From: an uncultured Porphyromonadaceae bacterium | GTDB lineage: Bacteria; Bacteroidota; Bacteroidia; Bacteroidales; Muribaculaceae | NCBI GenBank assembly: GCA_947176615.1 | Contig: CAMWRO010000001.1 | Location: 1 to 33,663, forward strand | DNA: 33,663 bases | Direction of reading: 5' to 3' | Part shown: positions 17,808 through 27,419 of the stretch, one piece after another | How the letters are laid out: the number at the start of each line of letters is the position of its first letter | Numbering within the stretch: the stretch's first letter is position 1 | Position numbers and translations under genes: made by a program | Notes under the pieces: model-generated | What the model was told of the DNA's origin: nothing | Seen by the model: the letters and a program-made list of their open reading frames with translations, nothing else | The model's database searches: none

Positions 17808-19997
17808 ATGTCAATGTTAAGATTCAAGGTCGTCGAGGAGGCATCCAACCGCAAGGCGGTGCCGGTTGCCCTTCCCTCAGAAAGACCCGAGGAGTACTAT
17901 GGCAAGTATGTGTTCAACCGCAACAAGATGTTTGAATATCTTCCGCGTGACACCTACGAGGCCCTTATCAACGCGATTGACAACAAGGAGCCTCTCTCCC
18001 GCGAGGTTGCCGATAGCGTCGCCGAAGGGATGAAACGCTGGGCAATCGATAATGGAGCCCGCCACTACACCCACTGGTTCCAGCCCCTGACCGAGACCAC
18101 CGCCGAGAAACATGACGCATTCATCGAGCATGACGGCAAAGGCGGGGTTGTCGAGACTTTCTCAGGCAAGCTGCTCGTTCAGCAGGAACCTGACGCATCG
18201 AGCTTCCCCAACGGCGGTATCCGCAACACCTTCGAGGCCCGCGGCTACTCGGCGTGGGACATCTCGTCGCCCGCGTTCATCATGGACAATACCCTGTGTA
18301 TCCCGACAATCTTCATCTCCTATACCGGCGAGTCGCTTGACTACAAGACCCCGCTGCTGCGCGCCCTGACAGCTGTCGACAAGGCAGGGACAGCAGTGGC
18401 ACGCTACTTTGACCCCAAAGTCAAGCATGTCATATCCAACCTCGGATGGGAGCAGGAATACTTTCTGGTCGACGAGGCTCTCTACAACGCGCGTCCCGAC
18501 CTCGCCATGACCGGCCGCACGCTGATGGGCCACGAGTCGGCAAAGAACCAGCAGCTTGAAGACCACTATTTCGGCGCGATTCCCTCGCGTGTCGAGGCTT
18601 TCATGCTCGACCTCGAAATCGAGTGTCACAAGCTCGGCATTCCCGCCAAGACACGCCACAACGAGGTTGCCCCCAACCAGTTTGAGCTCGCCCCCATCTT
18701 TGAGGAGACCAACCTTGCCAACGACCACAACATGCTGCTCATGTCGGTAATGGGTGAAGTTGCGCGCCGCCATAATTTCCGCGTGCTGCTCCACGAAAAA
18801 CCGTTTGCCGGAATCAACGGCTCGGGCAAGCACAACAACTGGAGCCTCGGCACCGATACCGGCGTGCTGCTCTTTGCCCCGGGCAAGACTCCCAAGGACA
18901 ACCTCCAGTTCATCACATTTGTCGCCAACGTCATGGCCGCCGTGCATCGCCACAACGCGCTGCTGAAGGCTTCGATTATGTCAGCAACCAACGGCCACCG
19001 TCTCGGTGCCAACGAGGCACCCCCGGCCATCATCTCGATTTTCACCGGCAGCCATCTCGCCGAAATTCTTGAAAAAATCGAGAAATCTGACAAGGACGAG
19101 CTTATCGCTATGGCCGGGAAAGAGGAACTGCACCTCGGTGTGTCACAGATTCCCGAAATCCTCATGGACAGCACCGACCGCAACCGCACATCGCCCTTCG
19201 CTTTCACCGGCAACCGCTTCGAGTTCCGCGCCGTAGGGTCGAGTGCCAATTGCGGCTCGGCCATGATTGCGCTTAACGCCGCTATGGCCGAACAGCTTGC
19301 CGAGTTCAAGGAGAAAGTTGACGTCCGTCTCGAAAAAGGCGAAGACCTCCATCACGCCCTTCTTGCCGAAATCAAGGCTCTGCTCCAGAAGTCGAGCGCA
19401 ATCCACTTTGACGGCAACGGTTACAGCGACGAATGGAAAGAGGAAGCCGCCCGCCGCGGCCTTGACTGCGAGACCAATGTTCCCCGCATCTTTGACGCAT
19501 ACCTTCGTCCCGAAACCATCGAGATGTTTGGCAAGACCGGAGTCATGACCCCCGTCGAGCTTGCCGCCCGCAACGAGGTGAAGTGGGAGATGTATACCAA
19601 GAAGATTCAGATTGAGGCGCGCGTGCTCGGCGACCTTGCCATCAACCACATCGTGCCTGTCGCCACCCGCTATCTGTCGATTCTGCTTGACAACATGGTC
19701 AAGATCCGCACCCTTTTCCCCGGCAACAAGGGTATCGAGCTGTCGGCTCAGGACTCGGCTACCGTTGAGAAAATCATGCACCACACCGCCACCATCCGCG
19801 AGGAGGTCGACAAGATGGTAGATGCCCGCAAGGCAGCCAACCGCATCGAAAACGAGCGTGAGAAAGCGATTGCCTATTCCGAGACTGTCGCTCCCTGCCT
19901 CGACCGTGTGCGCTACCACATCGACAAGCTCGAACTGATGGTCGACAACGAAATGTGGCCACTTCCCAAGTATCGCGAACTGTTGTTTATACGCTAA
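17808..19997 (+). CDS. glnA: Glutamine synthetase type III
   Basis: 729 aa; THWFQPLT, EKHD, EPDASSFPNGG, HNEVAPNQFE, HEKPFAGINGSGKHNNW, DRNRTSPFAFTGNRFEFR, WPLPKY. Confidence 0.96.
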   Translation: MSMLRFKVVEEASNRKAVPVALPSERPEEYYGKYVFNRNKMFEYLPRDTYEALINAIDNKEPLSREVADSVAEGMKRWAIDNGARHYTHWFQPLTETTAEKHDAFIEHDGKGGVVETFSGKLLVQQEPDASSFPNGGIRNTFEARGYSAWDISSPAFIMDNTLCIPTIFISYTGESLDYKTPLLRALTAVDKAGTAVARYFDPKVKHVISNLGWEQEYFLVDEALYNARPDLAMTGRTLMGHESAKNQQLEDHYFGAIPSRVEAFMLDLEIECHKLGIPAKTRHNEVAPNQFELAPIFEETNLANDHNMLLMSVMGEVARRHNFRVLLHEKPFAGINGSGKHNNWSLGTDTGVLLFAPGKTPKDNLQFITFVANVMAAVHRHNALLKASIMSATNGHRLGANEAPPAIISIFTGSHLAEILEKIEKSDKDELIAMAGKEELHLGVSQIPEILMDSTDRNRTSPFAFTGNRFEFRAVGSSANCGSAMIALNAAMAEQLAEFKEKVDVRLEKGEDLHHALLAEIKALLQKSSAIHFDGNGYSDEWKEEAARRGLDCETNVPRIFDAYLRPETIEMFGKTGVMTPVELAARNEVKWEMYTKKIQIEARVLGDLAINHIVPVATRYLSILLDNMVKIRTLFPGNKGIELSAQDSATVEKIMHHTATIREEVDKMVDARKAANRIENEREKAIAYSETVAPCLDRVRYHIDKLELMVDNEMWPLPKYRELLFIR

Positions 19998-20077
19998 GTT
20001 TAGAGGGAGGTCTGAGGTTTAGGTAATAGCGAATTAAACACTTTAACCCCAAACCTCAGACCTCCCTCCTAAACCTT
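19995..20077. repeat. Long imperfect inverted repeat between glnA and purF
   Basis: GTTTAGAGGGAGGTCTGAGGTTT...AAACCTCAGACCTCCCTCCTAAAC with an AT-rich loop. Confidence 0.75.
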
Positions 20078-20090
20078 AAACCATTCCATT

Positions 20091-21980
20091 ATGGAACCGC
20101 TGAAACATGAGTGCGGCGTGGCGATGATCAGGTTGCTCAAGCCGCTCGAATATTATAAGAAAAAATACGGAACATACCTTTACGGCATCAACAAGCTCTA
20201 CCTGCTGATGGAAAAACAGCACAACCGCGGGCAGGAGGGTGCCGGAATCGGGGTTGTGAAAAAGCATGCCGAGCCGGGACAGGAATATGTGTTCCGCGAA
20301 AGGGCCCTCGGGTCGAGTGCGATTCAGGAGATATTTGACAATGTGCGCCGCAGCGTCTCGCAGGCCGACATTGACAGCCATGATGCCGAATGGATTGAAA
20401 GCGAGGCGCCGTTTCTCGGTGAAATCTACATGGGGCATCTGCGCTATTCCACCACGGGAAAGAGCGGAATCTCCTATGTCCATCCATTTCTGCGCCGCAA
20501 CAACTGGCGGTCGCGCAACCTGCTGATGTGTGGCAACTTCAACATGACCAATGTCGACGATGTTTTCAAGTCGATTGTCGCCCGCGGTCAGCATCCGCGC
20601 CTTTACAGCGACACGATTGTGCTGCTTGAGCAGCTTGGCGACGCGCTCGACAAGGAGAACCACCGCGTCTACCGCAAGTATCGTGACACGCTCGTCGACC
20701 CGCAGCTGGGCCTCGCCATCGAGGAAAACATCGACCTTAGAAACGTGCTTGAGGCGGCCGCTCCGACGTGGGACGGCGGATTTGTAATCTGCGCCGCCAC
20801 CGGCTCGGGTGACATGATGGCTCTGCGTGACAGCAAGGGCATCCGTCCCGCGTTCTACTATTATGACGACGAGATTGTCGTCGTGGCATCGGAACGCCCT
20901 GTGATTCAGACCACCTTGAATGTCCCCCGTGCGGCAGTCAGGGAGCTGACACCCGGCAGCGCGATTATTGTCACCAAGCAGGGCGAAATCACCGTCACCG
21001 ACATTTTGGGCGAAAAGGAAAATCAGCGATGCTCGTTTGAGCGCATCTATTTCTCCCGAGGCAGCGATGCCGACATTTACCGCGAGCGCAAGCAATTGGG
21101 CCGCAACATTGTTCCCGCCGTGATGAAAAGCATCGGCAATGACCTTGCCCACAGCGTTTTCTCCTTTATCCCCAACACGGCCGAGGTGGCTTTTATCGGC
21201 ATGGTGACCGAGCTTGAAAAGCAGATGAACCACATCAAGCAGGAGGAAATCCTTGCCGCGAGCAGTGACGGGACTCTTTCGCCGCAGAGACTCGACGAAA
21301 TCATGAGCCGGAACCTGCGGGTGGAGAAAGTCGCCATAAAGGATATCAAACTGCGCACGTTCATCGCCGAAGGAGAGTCGCGCAACGACCTCGCCGCCCA
21401 CGTCTATGACGTGACCTACGGCATTATCGAGAACTACAAGGACAACATCGTGGTCATCGACGACTCCATTGTGCGCGGCACCACGCTCAAGCAGTCGATT
21501 CTCAAGATGCTTGACCGCCTCCATCCGCGCAAGATTGTCGTGGTATCCTCGTCGCCGCAAGTGCGTTACCCCGACTACTACGGCATCGACATGTCGCGCA
21601 TGGGCGAATTTGTAGCCTTCCGCGCCGCCGTGGAGCTGCTGAAAGACACAGGCCGCGCCGATATTCTCGACGAGACCTATCGCCGCTGCAAAGCTCAGGA
21701 AGGATTGCCCGACAGCGAGATTGAAAACTGTGTCAAGGCTATTTACGAGCCGTTTACCCCCGAGGAGGTGTCGGCAAAGATTGTGGAGATGCTTACCCGC
21801 GACGGCGACATCAACGCCGAGGTCGACATCATCTATCAGTCGCTCGACGGCCTCCATCAGGCCGTCCCCACCTGCCCCGGCGACTGGTATTTCTCGGGCG
21901 ACTACCCGACCCCCGGAGGCACCCGCCTCGTCAACCGCGCCTACGTCAACTACTACGAAGGCCACCCCGACGCCCGATAG
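20091..21980 (+). CDS. purF: Amidophosphoribosyltransferase (Bacteroidetes long form)
   Basis: Propeptide MEPLKHE|CG, QHNRGQEGAG, GHLRYST, CSFERIYFSRGSD, PRPP motif VVIDDSIVRGTT, YGIDM, FSGDYP. Confidence 0.92.
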   Translation: MEPLKHECGVAMIRLLKPLEYYKKKYGTYLYGINKLYLLMEKQHNRGQEGAGIGVVKKHAEPGQEYVFRERALGSSAIQEIFDNVRRSVSQADIDSHDAEWIESEAPFLGEIYMGHLRYSTTGKSGISYVHPFLRRNNWRSRNLLMCGNFNMTNVDDVFKSIVARGQHPRLYSDTIVLLEQLGDALDKENHRVYRKYRDTLVDPQLGLAIEENIDLRNVLEAAAPTWDGGFVICAATGSGDMMALRDSKGIRPAFYYYDDEIVVVASERPVIQTTLNVPRAAVRELTPGSAIIVTKQGEITVTDILGEKENQRCSFERIYFSRGSDADIYRERKQLGRNIVPAVMKSIGNDLAHSVFSFIPNTAEVAFIGMVTELEKQMNHIKQEEILAASSDGTLSPQRLDEIMSRNLRVEKVAIKDIKLRTFIAEGESRNDLAAHVYDVTYGIIENYKDNIVVIDDSIVRGTTLKQSILKMLDRLHPRKIVVVSSSPQVRYPDYYGIDMSRMGEFVAFRAAVELLKDTGRADILDETYRRCKAQEGLPDSEIENCVKAIYEPFTPEEVSAKIVEMLTRDGDINAEVDIIYQSLDGLHQAVPTCPGDWYFSGDYPTPGGTRLVNRAYVNYYEGHPDAR

Positions 21981-22000
21981 TACCCGTTTCACAAAAGTCT

Positions 22001-22056
22001 ATAATTAAACGCGCCCCCGGCATTTGCGATATAATGCCGGGGGCGCGTTTAATTAT
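22001..22056. terminator. Bidirectional terminator, perfect 24-bp stem
   Basis: ATAATTAAACGCGCCCCCGGCATT-N8-AATGCCGGGGGCGCGTTTAATTAT between convergent purF and GNAT genes. Confidence 0.85.
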
Positions 22057-22064
22057 TTAGAGCA

Positions 22065-22631
22065 TTATAATATACGGTACATACGTCTTGTAAGTGAATA
22101 AAAATCTCTGTCAGTTTGAAAAGAAAAGCCGTTGGCGAGGTAAAATTTGGTTGTACGAGGATTGTTTAACGAGTCAATAGTAATAAATTGACAACCAGCC
22201 TGTCTGTATTTGGAAAAAGTATCAGCAACAAGGTCTACGATTGCCATGCCGATACCGTGATTTTGGTAGGCGGTAGCAACTCCAAGATGGCCTATATTAA
22301 TGGCCGGATAGGATGTTTGTCGGTTGAAAAAATCGACAGTGTCCGTTCCTACTTCATATCTGAGACCTTCAATAAAATCAGATTTCTCTGTTTCCCCGCC
22401 AATCATGAGGGCATCGTTCATTAGAGTAAAGGCACTTGCAATTTCTCCATTGTTTAAGACGGCACAAAAAGCTGCAAGGTAATGTCTATTTACGCATTCT
22501 CGTACCTCGTATCTAAAGAAATCGTCAAGACTTTTAACCCCGCAGGAAAAGGCAGACATACTCTCGTAGTCTGCATCATTCATAATCCGTATTTGGAAAT
22601 CAATATCCAAGCAGCGGGTTCTTTCCGCCAC
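22065..22631 (-). CDS. GNAT N-acetyltransferase resembling TacT/AtaT-type toxins; AT-rich
   Basis: FSCGVKSLDDFF, YPAINIGHLGV, acetyl-CoA loop YQNHGIG, ITIDS, FYLANGF. Confidence 0.82.
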   Translation of the reverse strand: MAERTRCLDIDFQIRIMNDADYESMSAFSCGVKSLDDFFRYEVRECVNRHYLAAFCAVLNNGEIASAFTLMNDALMIGGETEKSDFIEGLRYEVGTDTVDFFNRQTSYPAINIGHLGVATAYQNHGIGMAIVDLVADTFSKYRQAGCQFITIDSLNNPRTTKFYLANGFSFQTDRDFYSLTRRMYRIL

Positions 22632-22797
22632 AATTGGCGATTATTCGTTGAACATTCATTTTTGCACGAGCTTCCCGAGAAGCTATCACCTCCCGTTCTT
22701 TGGCGCTAAAATTTCCTCGGAGATGTTTCTCCAAGTGGCGGCGGAAACGGGTAATGTCTTCTTGGCCCATAGGAGGATTGGGAATTGAACGTATCAT
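22600..22797 (-). CDS. Small hypothetical protein, candidate antitoxin
   Basis: 65 aa, overlaps the GNAT start by 32 nt, directly downstream of a TATATTTG -7 element at 22838-22845. Confidence 0.7.
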   Translation of the reverse strand: MIRSIPNPPMGQEDITRFRRHLEKHLRGNFSAKEREVIASREARAKMNVQRIIANCGGKNPLLGY

Positions 22798-22954
22798 AGT
22801 TGTATATTAAATAATTTCAGCCCATTACTTATTTTTGCAAATATAATACAATTATGTCTATACCGCAAGTTTTAATGATATTAACCCCGGGAATTAGTTA
22901 CATTATTAACATTTACAATTTTATTATAGTTCTGATTCGAGCTCATTCTGCTTT

Positions 22955-23623
22955 TCACTTGCTGAAAGTGAATGTGGTCTGGGGGAGGTTGGAGTTGGCG
23001 ACGTGGATTGTTACGCCGCGGGTGGAGGGGAGGGTCCAGACGGGGGTCATGTCCCATGATGCGTAGTAGCCTCGGTCGTGGTTGTCGGTGGGGGAGGCCA
23101 TTTCGTGGTGGATATAGAGGTCGGGATATTCGTTGCCGATGGTGGCGGGGTCGACGGTGAGGCGGAATGTGCGCGGCTCTGAGCTGTAGGCCAGACGGCA
23201 GTGGAGGTTGATATAGTTGCCGCTGCGCCACAGGCTGTAGACATAAACTTTGTCGCGGTTCCACAGGCTCATGTCATCGTTCATCTCTTGCTCGACGACA
23301 GGGCCCGAGTTGATAAACGCGGCCCCGCGCAGGGTGATATTGCCCGATGTGTAGGGGAGTCCGCTCTCGGGGATATATATAATGTATAGACGCGCTCCCT
23401 CCTTGAGGTCGTCGGATTGCAGTTCGCCTTGGGCAACGAGGTTTATGAGCGGGGAGTCGTTGACCTGCTGAAACGAAAAACGGGCATGGCCGTCGACATT
23501 GCCGTCAAATGTCACGATGTCATAGAGTGTCTTGTCGACGGGTCCGTCGACGGTGTCTTCGTTGATGCTGCACGAGGTGAGTGCGGCAAGGATGGCAACG
23601 GGTGCTAAAATGCGGTGTTTCAT
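22955..23623 (-). CDS. NigD-like lipoprotein
   Basis: Lipobox LTSC followed by acidic residues; [17 protein letters not shown]...F.L...L.H..DN...YYASWD pattern recalls the NigD C-domain; 4-nt overlap with the upstream ABC gene. Confidence 0.7.
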   Translation of the reverse strand: MKHRILAPVAILAALTSCSINEDTVDGPVDKTLYDIVTFDGNVDGHARFSFQQVNDSPLINLVAQGELQSDDLKEGARLYIIYIPESGLPYTSGNITLRGAAFINSGPVVEQEMNDDMSLWNRDKVYVYSLWRSGNYINLHCRLAYSSEPRTFRLTVDPATIGNEYPDLYIHHEMASPTDNHDRGYYASWDMTPVWTLPSTRGVTIHVANSNLPQTTFTFSK

Positions 23624-24273
23624 GCGATAATCTGTCCGTCTTTCATGTGGATAATGCGGTCGCTGTCAGCAGCAAGCGACTCGTCGTGGGTAACGATGAC
23701 GAATGTCATCCCGGTGTCCTGCCTCAGCTTGAAAAAGAGGTCGTAGAGCTCTCGGCGGTTTTGGCTGTCAAGGCTTCCCGACGGCTCGTCGGCAAGTATT
23801 ACCCTCGGGTCGTTGATGAGGGCGCGGGCCACGGCGGCGCGTTGCCGCTCTCCGCCCGACAGCTGTGAGGGGCGATGGTCGAGGCGGTCGGCGAGTCCCA
23901 TGCGGGTCAGGATTTCGGCTGCGCGGGCCATTGACTCGCGGCGGCTCCGGCCGCCTATCATCGCGGGCATTGCGACATTCTCGTTGATTGTGAACTCGGG
24001 CAACAGCTGGTGGAACTGGAACACGAATCCGATGTTGCGGTTTCGGAAACGGGCGCGGCGTTCCTCTTTCATCGCCACGATGTCCTCGCCGTCGTAGGCC
24101 ACGATTCCGCTGTCAGGACGCTCAAGGGAGCCGATAATCTGCAACAGGGTGGTTTTGCCCGCCCCGCTCGGCCCAACGATAGACACAAATTCCCCGTCAC
24201 CAATCGACAGATTGATGTCGTGGAGCACTTGCAGCCGCTCGTAGCTTTTGGAAACGCTTGTGACCTGAATCAT
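23620..24273 (-). CDS. lolD: ABC transporter ATP-binding protein, LolD family
   Basis: [44 protein letters not shown]. Confidence 0.8.
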   Translation of the reverse strand: MIQVTSVSKSYERLQVLHDINLSIGDGEFVSIVGPSGAGKTTLLQIIGSLERPDSGIVAYDGEDIVAMKEERRARFRNRNIGFVFQFHQLLPEFTINENVAMPAMIGGRSRRESMARAAEILTRMGLADRLDHRPSQLSGGERQRAAVARALINDPRVILADEPSGSLDSQNRRELYDLFFKLRQDTGMTFVIVTHDESLAADSDRIIHMKDGQIIA

Positions 24274-24291
24274 CGCATTATTGAAGTTGGA

Positions 24292-24332
24292 AAAGTTGAA
24301 AAAGCCAACAGACTGTTGACTTTTTCAACTTT
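24292..24332 (-). terminator. Hairpin/terminator after pfkA
   Basis: AAAGTTGAAAAAGCCAACAG-a-CTGTTGACTTTTTCAACTTT, 20-bp arms with one mismatch. Confidence 0.65.
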
Positions 24333-24342
24333 ATGTGGATTT

Positions 24343-25323
24343 TTAAATCGACAGACGGCGCAGGGTGTCGAGAAGCTCGCGGTTGATGGGTTTGTCGTTC
24401 TTGATGGCCTTGGAGAAGGGGACATAGACAATCTCATCGTTGCGGATACCGATCATTACGTTGCGCTGGTCTTCAAGAAGCGCGTCGATTGCAGCCGCGC
24501 CCATGCGCGATGCAAGGATGCGGTCGTGGGCTGTCGGGGAGCCGCCTCGCTGGAGGTGTCCGAGGATGGAGACGCGCACGTCATAGCCGGGATACTCGTT
24601 CTTGACACGCTCGGCAAGCGCCATCGCGCCGCCGGTGACGGGACTCTCGGCCACGAGCACTATCGACGAGTTCTTGCTCTTGCGGAAACCGTTTTCGATA
24701 AGTTCGGCAAGCTGGTCGACCTCGGTTGAAATCTCGGGGATGATGGCCGCCTCGGCACCCGACGCAATCGCGCCGTTGAGCGCGAGGAATCCGGCGTCGC
24801 GCCCCATTACCTCGATGAAGAAAAGACGCTCGTGGCTCGTGGCGGTGTCACGGATTTTGTCGACACATTCCATGATTGTGTTGAGGGCGGTGTCATAGCC
24901 GATAGTGGTGTCGGTGCCGTAGAGGTCGTTGTCGATTGTGCCGGGAAGGCCGATGATGGGGAAGTTGAACTCGTTGGCAAAGATGCGGGCGCCGGTCAGC
25001 GAGCCGTCACCGCCGATGACCACGAGGGCGTCGATTTCATGGCGGCGCATGTTGTCATAGGCGAGCTGACGGCCTTCGGGGGTGGTGAACTCCTTGCAGC
25101 GGGCCGTTTTCAGGATGGTGCCTCCGGCCTGAATGATGTTGGAAACATTCTGAGTCTTGAACTCGACGATTTCGTCGGTAATCAGACCGCGGTAACCGCG
25201 GTAGATACCCTTGACTTTCAGTCCGCCGAAGATAGCCGAGCGGGTAACCGAGCGGATTGCGGCGTTCATGCCCGGGGCGTCACCTCCCGAGGTGAGAATG
25301 CCCACGCATTTTATCTGTGCCAT
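24343..25323 (-). CDS. pfkA: ATP-dependent 6-phosphofructokinase
   Basis: [35 protein letters not shown]. Confidence 0.97.
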   Translation of the reverse strand: MAQIKCVGILTSGGDAPGMNAAIRSVTRSAIFGGLKVKGIYRGYRGLITDEIVEFKTQNVSNIIQAGGTILKTARCKEFTTPEGRQLAYDNMRRHEIDALVVIGGDGSLTGARIFANEFNFPIIGLPGTIDNDLYGTDTTIGYDTALNTIMECVDKIRDTATSHERLFFIEVMGRDAGFLALNGAIASGAEAAIIPEISTEVDQLAELIENGFRKSKNSSIVLVAESPVTGGAMALAERVKNEYPGYDVRVSILGHLQRGGSPTAHDRILASRMGAAAIDALLEDQRNVMIGIRNDEIVYVPFSKAIKNDKPINRELLDTLRRLSI

Positions 25324-25364
25324 AGATTATAATCTGTATTTTTAAATCACATCAATAAGTATCG

Positions 25365-25434
25365 CAAATTTACGCAGTTTTTTGCGAATATCAAAAAATA
25401 GTTAGTTACTATTTGCTTTAAATTATTAACTTTG
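25365..25434. promoter_or_regulatory. Divergent -7 elements: TAAATTTG (-, 25365-25372) for pfkA and TAACTTTG (+, 25427-25434) for the LRR gene
   Basis: TAnnTTTG consensus on both strands. Confidence 0.6.
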
Positions 25435-25464
25435 CAGCAGTTGTAATAATGCCTTTTTAAAACC

Positions 25465-27378
25465 ATGTCTTTATCAATTATTTTCCGATGGGCCGTTGTA
25501 GGCGCCCTGCTCTGTATCCCGGCTTTCGCAGCCTCACGGTCGGTGACCGTGGAGGTCAAGACTCCGGGAACATTCACCACACTGCTTTCAGCCGACGCAG
25601 CAGCCGATGTCGACGACCTCACGCTGAAAGGGACGCTCAACAACGATGACGTGAGGCATCTGCGCTGGCTTTGCGGCCGCGACTCGCTCCATCAGGAGAC
25701 GGGGCGCAAGATCAGACGGGTTGATTTAAAAGATGTGACGTTTGACAAGTCGGGACGGCCATTTGTGGCGTTTCCCGGCGGCCGTTCTTTCTTCATCACG
25801 TCTCAGGCCGCAATCCCGGTCATAATGTTTGCCGACTCGCCGGTTGAGGAGGTCGTCCTCCCCTCGCGCCTTGACGCTATCGAGGCGATGGCCTTTAACC
25901 GCTCCCAAGTCAGGGAGATGAAGGTGCCCGAGGGGGTCACGCTCGGTGACTACTGGATTTATGGCGACACAGCTCTGACGCGGCTTGAACTTCCTGCTGT
26001 CAACGGTCACGGCCTGAATCCGAGTGACGAAAATCTGACCGGGTTGAAAACAATTGTCTACGGCGGGGCCGACTATCTCCCCGGCGGGTGTTTCTACGGA
26101 CTGCCCAATCTTGAAAGTGTCACTGTCAACGGCCCTCTGATGCATTTTGACGGGACGTTTGCCTTAAACTGTCCACGGCTGAGACGCATGGAGTTCAACG
26201 GTCCGGTCACAAGTTCGGCCAATACTGTCGCCGGAAACTGTCCGCAACTCAGCGAGGTGGTTTTCAACGGCCCGATACTCGTCAGGTCCAACTTTGACTG
26301 GTATGAGTGTCCCGGGTTGAAGAACGTCACTGTCAACGGCCCGGTGTATTACAGCGAGAATGATTCGGTTTATCCTGCTAATCCGGCTGCTTATCTCGCT
26401 TGGCCGGGATTGAAAGACTATCTTGCCCAAATGGTGAAAACGGTTGAAAAATACAACAATAACGAATCTTCGTTCATGCCCAACATCACTGTCCCGGCAT
26501 TGCCCCACCTTATCAGTGTCGCCGAAAAGACGGGCATGGGTGATGTAGCCGCCACGTTCAGACAGCAGGAAGAAACCGGCAAAAGTCTCGATTTTTTCAA
26601 GACCAAACTCCAGTTGCTTAAAGAATCTCCGGCCTATTGTGCGGCGGAGACTGACGGCTCCCCGTTCAGCTACGCTCCGGCTGCCGACTCGCTGCTCGCG
26701 CTGTCAAGGGAGCGGTTCAACCTCGACAGCATCGCCGGAAACGGCGATGACATCTCGCGCATGAAACGGCTGCTTTACTGGGTTCACGACTCGATTCCCC
26801 ACGACGGTAGCTCGGTTTGGCCCGAAGGTCAGCTGAACCTTAGGAACATGTATGATATATGTCGTCGTGACAATCGCGGTGTCAACTGCCGCATGCTTGC
26901 TTTTGTGCTGACCGAGGCACTGCTTGCCGAGGGTATTCCGGCGCGCTATGTCACCTGCCAGTCAAAGGCTTGGGACACCGACAGCGACTGCCATGTGATA
27001 TGTGTGGCGTGGAGCGAGTCGCTCGACAAATGGGTGTGGCTCGACCCGACATTTGCCGCCTTTGTCTCCGATGAAAACGGCCTTCTGCTCGGCCCCTCGG
27101 AAGTGCGTTACCGCTTGCAGCATGACTTGCCGCTTGTCCTTAACGAGGATGCCAACTGGAACCATCAGATCAAGCAGACCAAGGAGGAATACCTCGATGA
27201 ATATATGGCCAAGAATCTGTATATCATGTCGTGCAACACAATCCAGCAGGCCGAGCCTGAGGGACCCTCGTCCCATCAGCAGGGAGTCGTTGTCGCCCTG
27301 ACACCCGTGGATTCCAACTACACCACTGCCCGCCGCATCACCACCGACGAGGCATGGTTCTGGCAATCACCTAAATAA
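25465..27378 (+). CDS. Secreted BspA-type leucine-rich repeat protein fused to a transglutaminase-like domain
   Basis: Signal peptide; VKTPGT...LTLKGTLNNDD LRR cap; repeated CPxLxxVxFNGP units; C-terminal NCRMLA / DCHV / WVWLDP Cys-His-Asp triad. Confidence 0.82.
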   Translation: MSLSIIFRWAVVGALLCIPAFAASRSVTVEVKTPGTFTTLLSADAAADVDDLTLKGTLNNDDVRHLRWLCGRDSLHQETGRKIRRVDLKDVTFDKSGRPFVAFPGGRSFFITSQAAIPVIMFADSPVEEVVLPSRLDAIEAMAFNRSQVREMKVPEGVTLGDYWIYGDTALTRLELPAVNGHGLNPSDENLTGLKTIVYGGADYLPGGCFYGLPNLESVTVNGPLMHFDGTFALNCPRLRRMEFNGPVTSSANTVAGNCPQLSEVVFNGPILVRSNFDWYECPGLKNVTVNGPVYYSENDSVYPANPAAYLAWPGLKDYLAQMVKTVEKYNNNESSFMPNITVPALPHLISVAEKTGMGDVAATFRQQEETGKSLDFFKTKLQLLKESPAYCAAETDGSPFSYAPAADSLLALSRERFNLDSIAGNGDDISRMKRLLYWVHDSIPHDGSSVWPEGQLNLRNMYDICRRDNRGVNCRMLAFVLTEALLAEGIPARYVTCQSKAWDTDSDCHVICVAWSESLDKWVWLDPTFAAFVSDENGLLLGPSEVRYRLQHDLPLVLNEDANWNHQIKQTKEEYLDEYMAKNLYIMSCNTIQQAEPEGPSSHQQGVVVALTPVDSNYTTARRITTDEAWFWQSPK

Positions 27379-27419
27379 AATGGGCGTTATTTTCCACATC
27401 TAATTTATACATCTGTTTT

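Noticed and set aside
20076-21992. 638-aa antisense ORF opposite purF (likewise 465-1676, 6121-6975, 14720-15709, 29115-30152 and others)
   Set aside because: These mirror real genes in the antisense frame, have no recognisable motifs, and are expected from codon bias in GC-rich genes.
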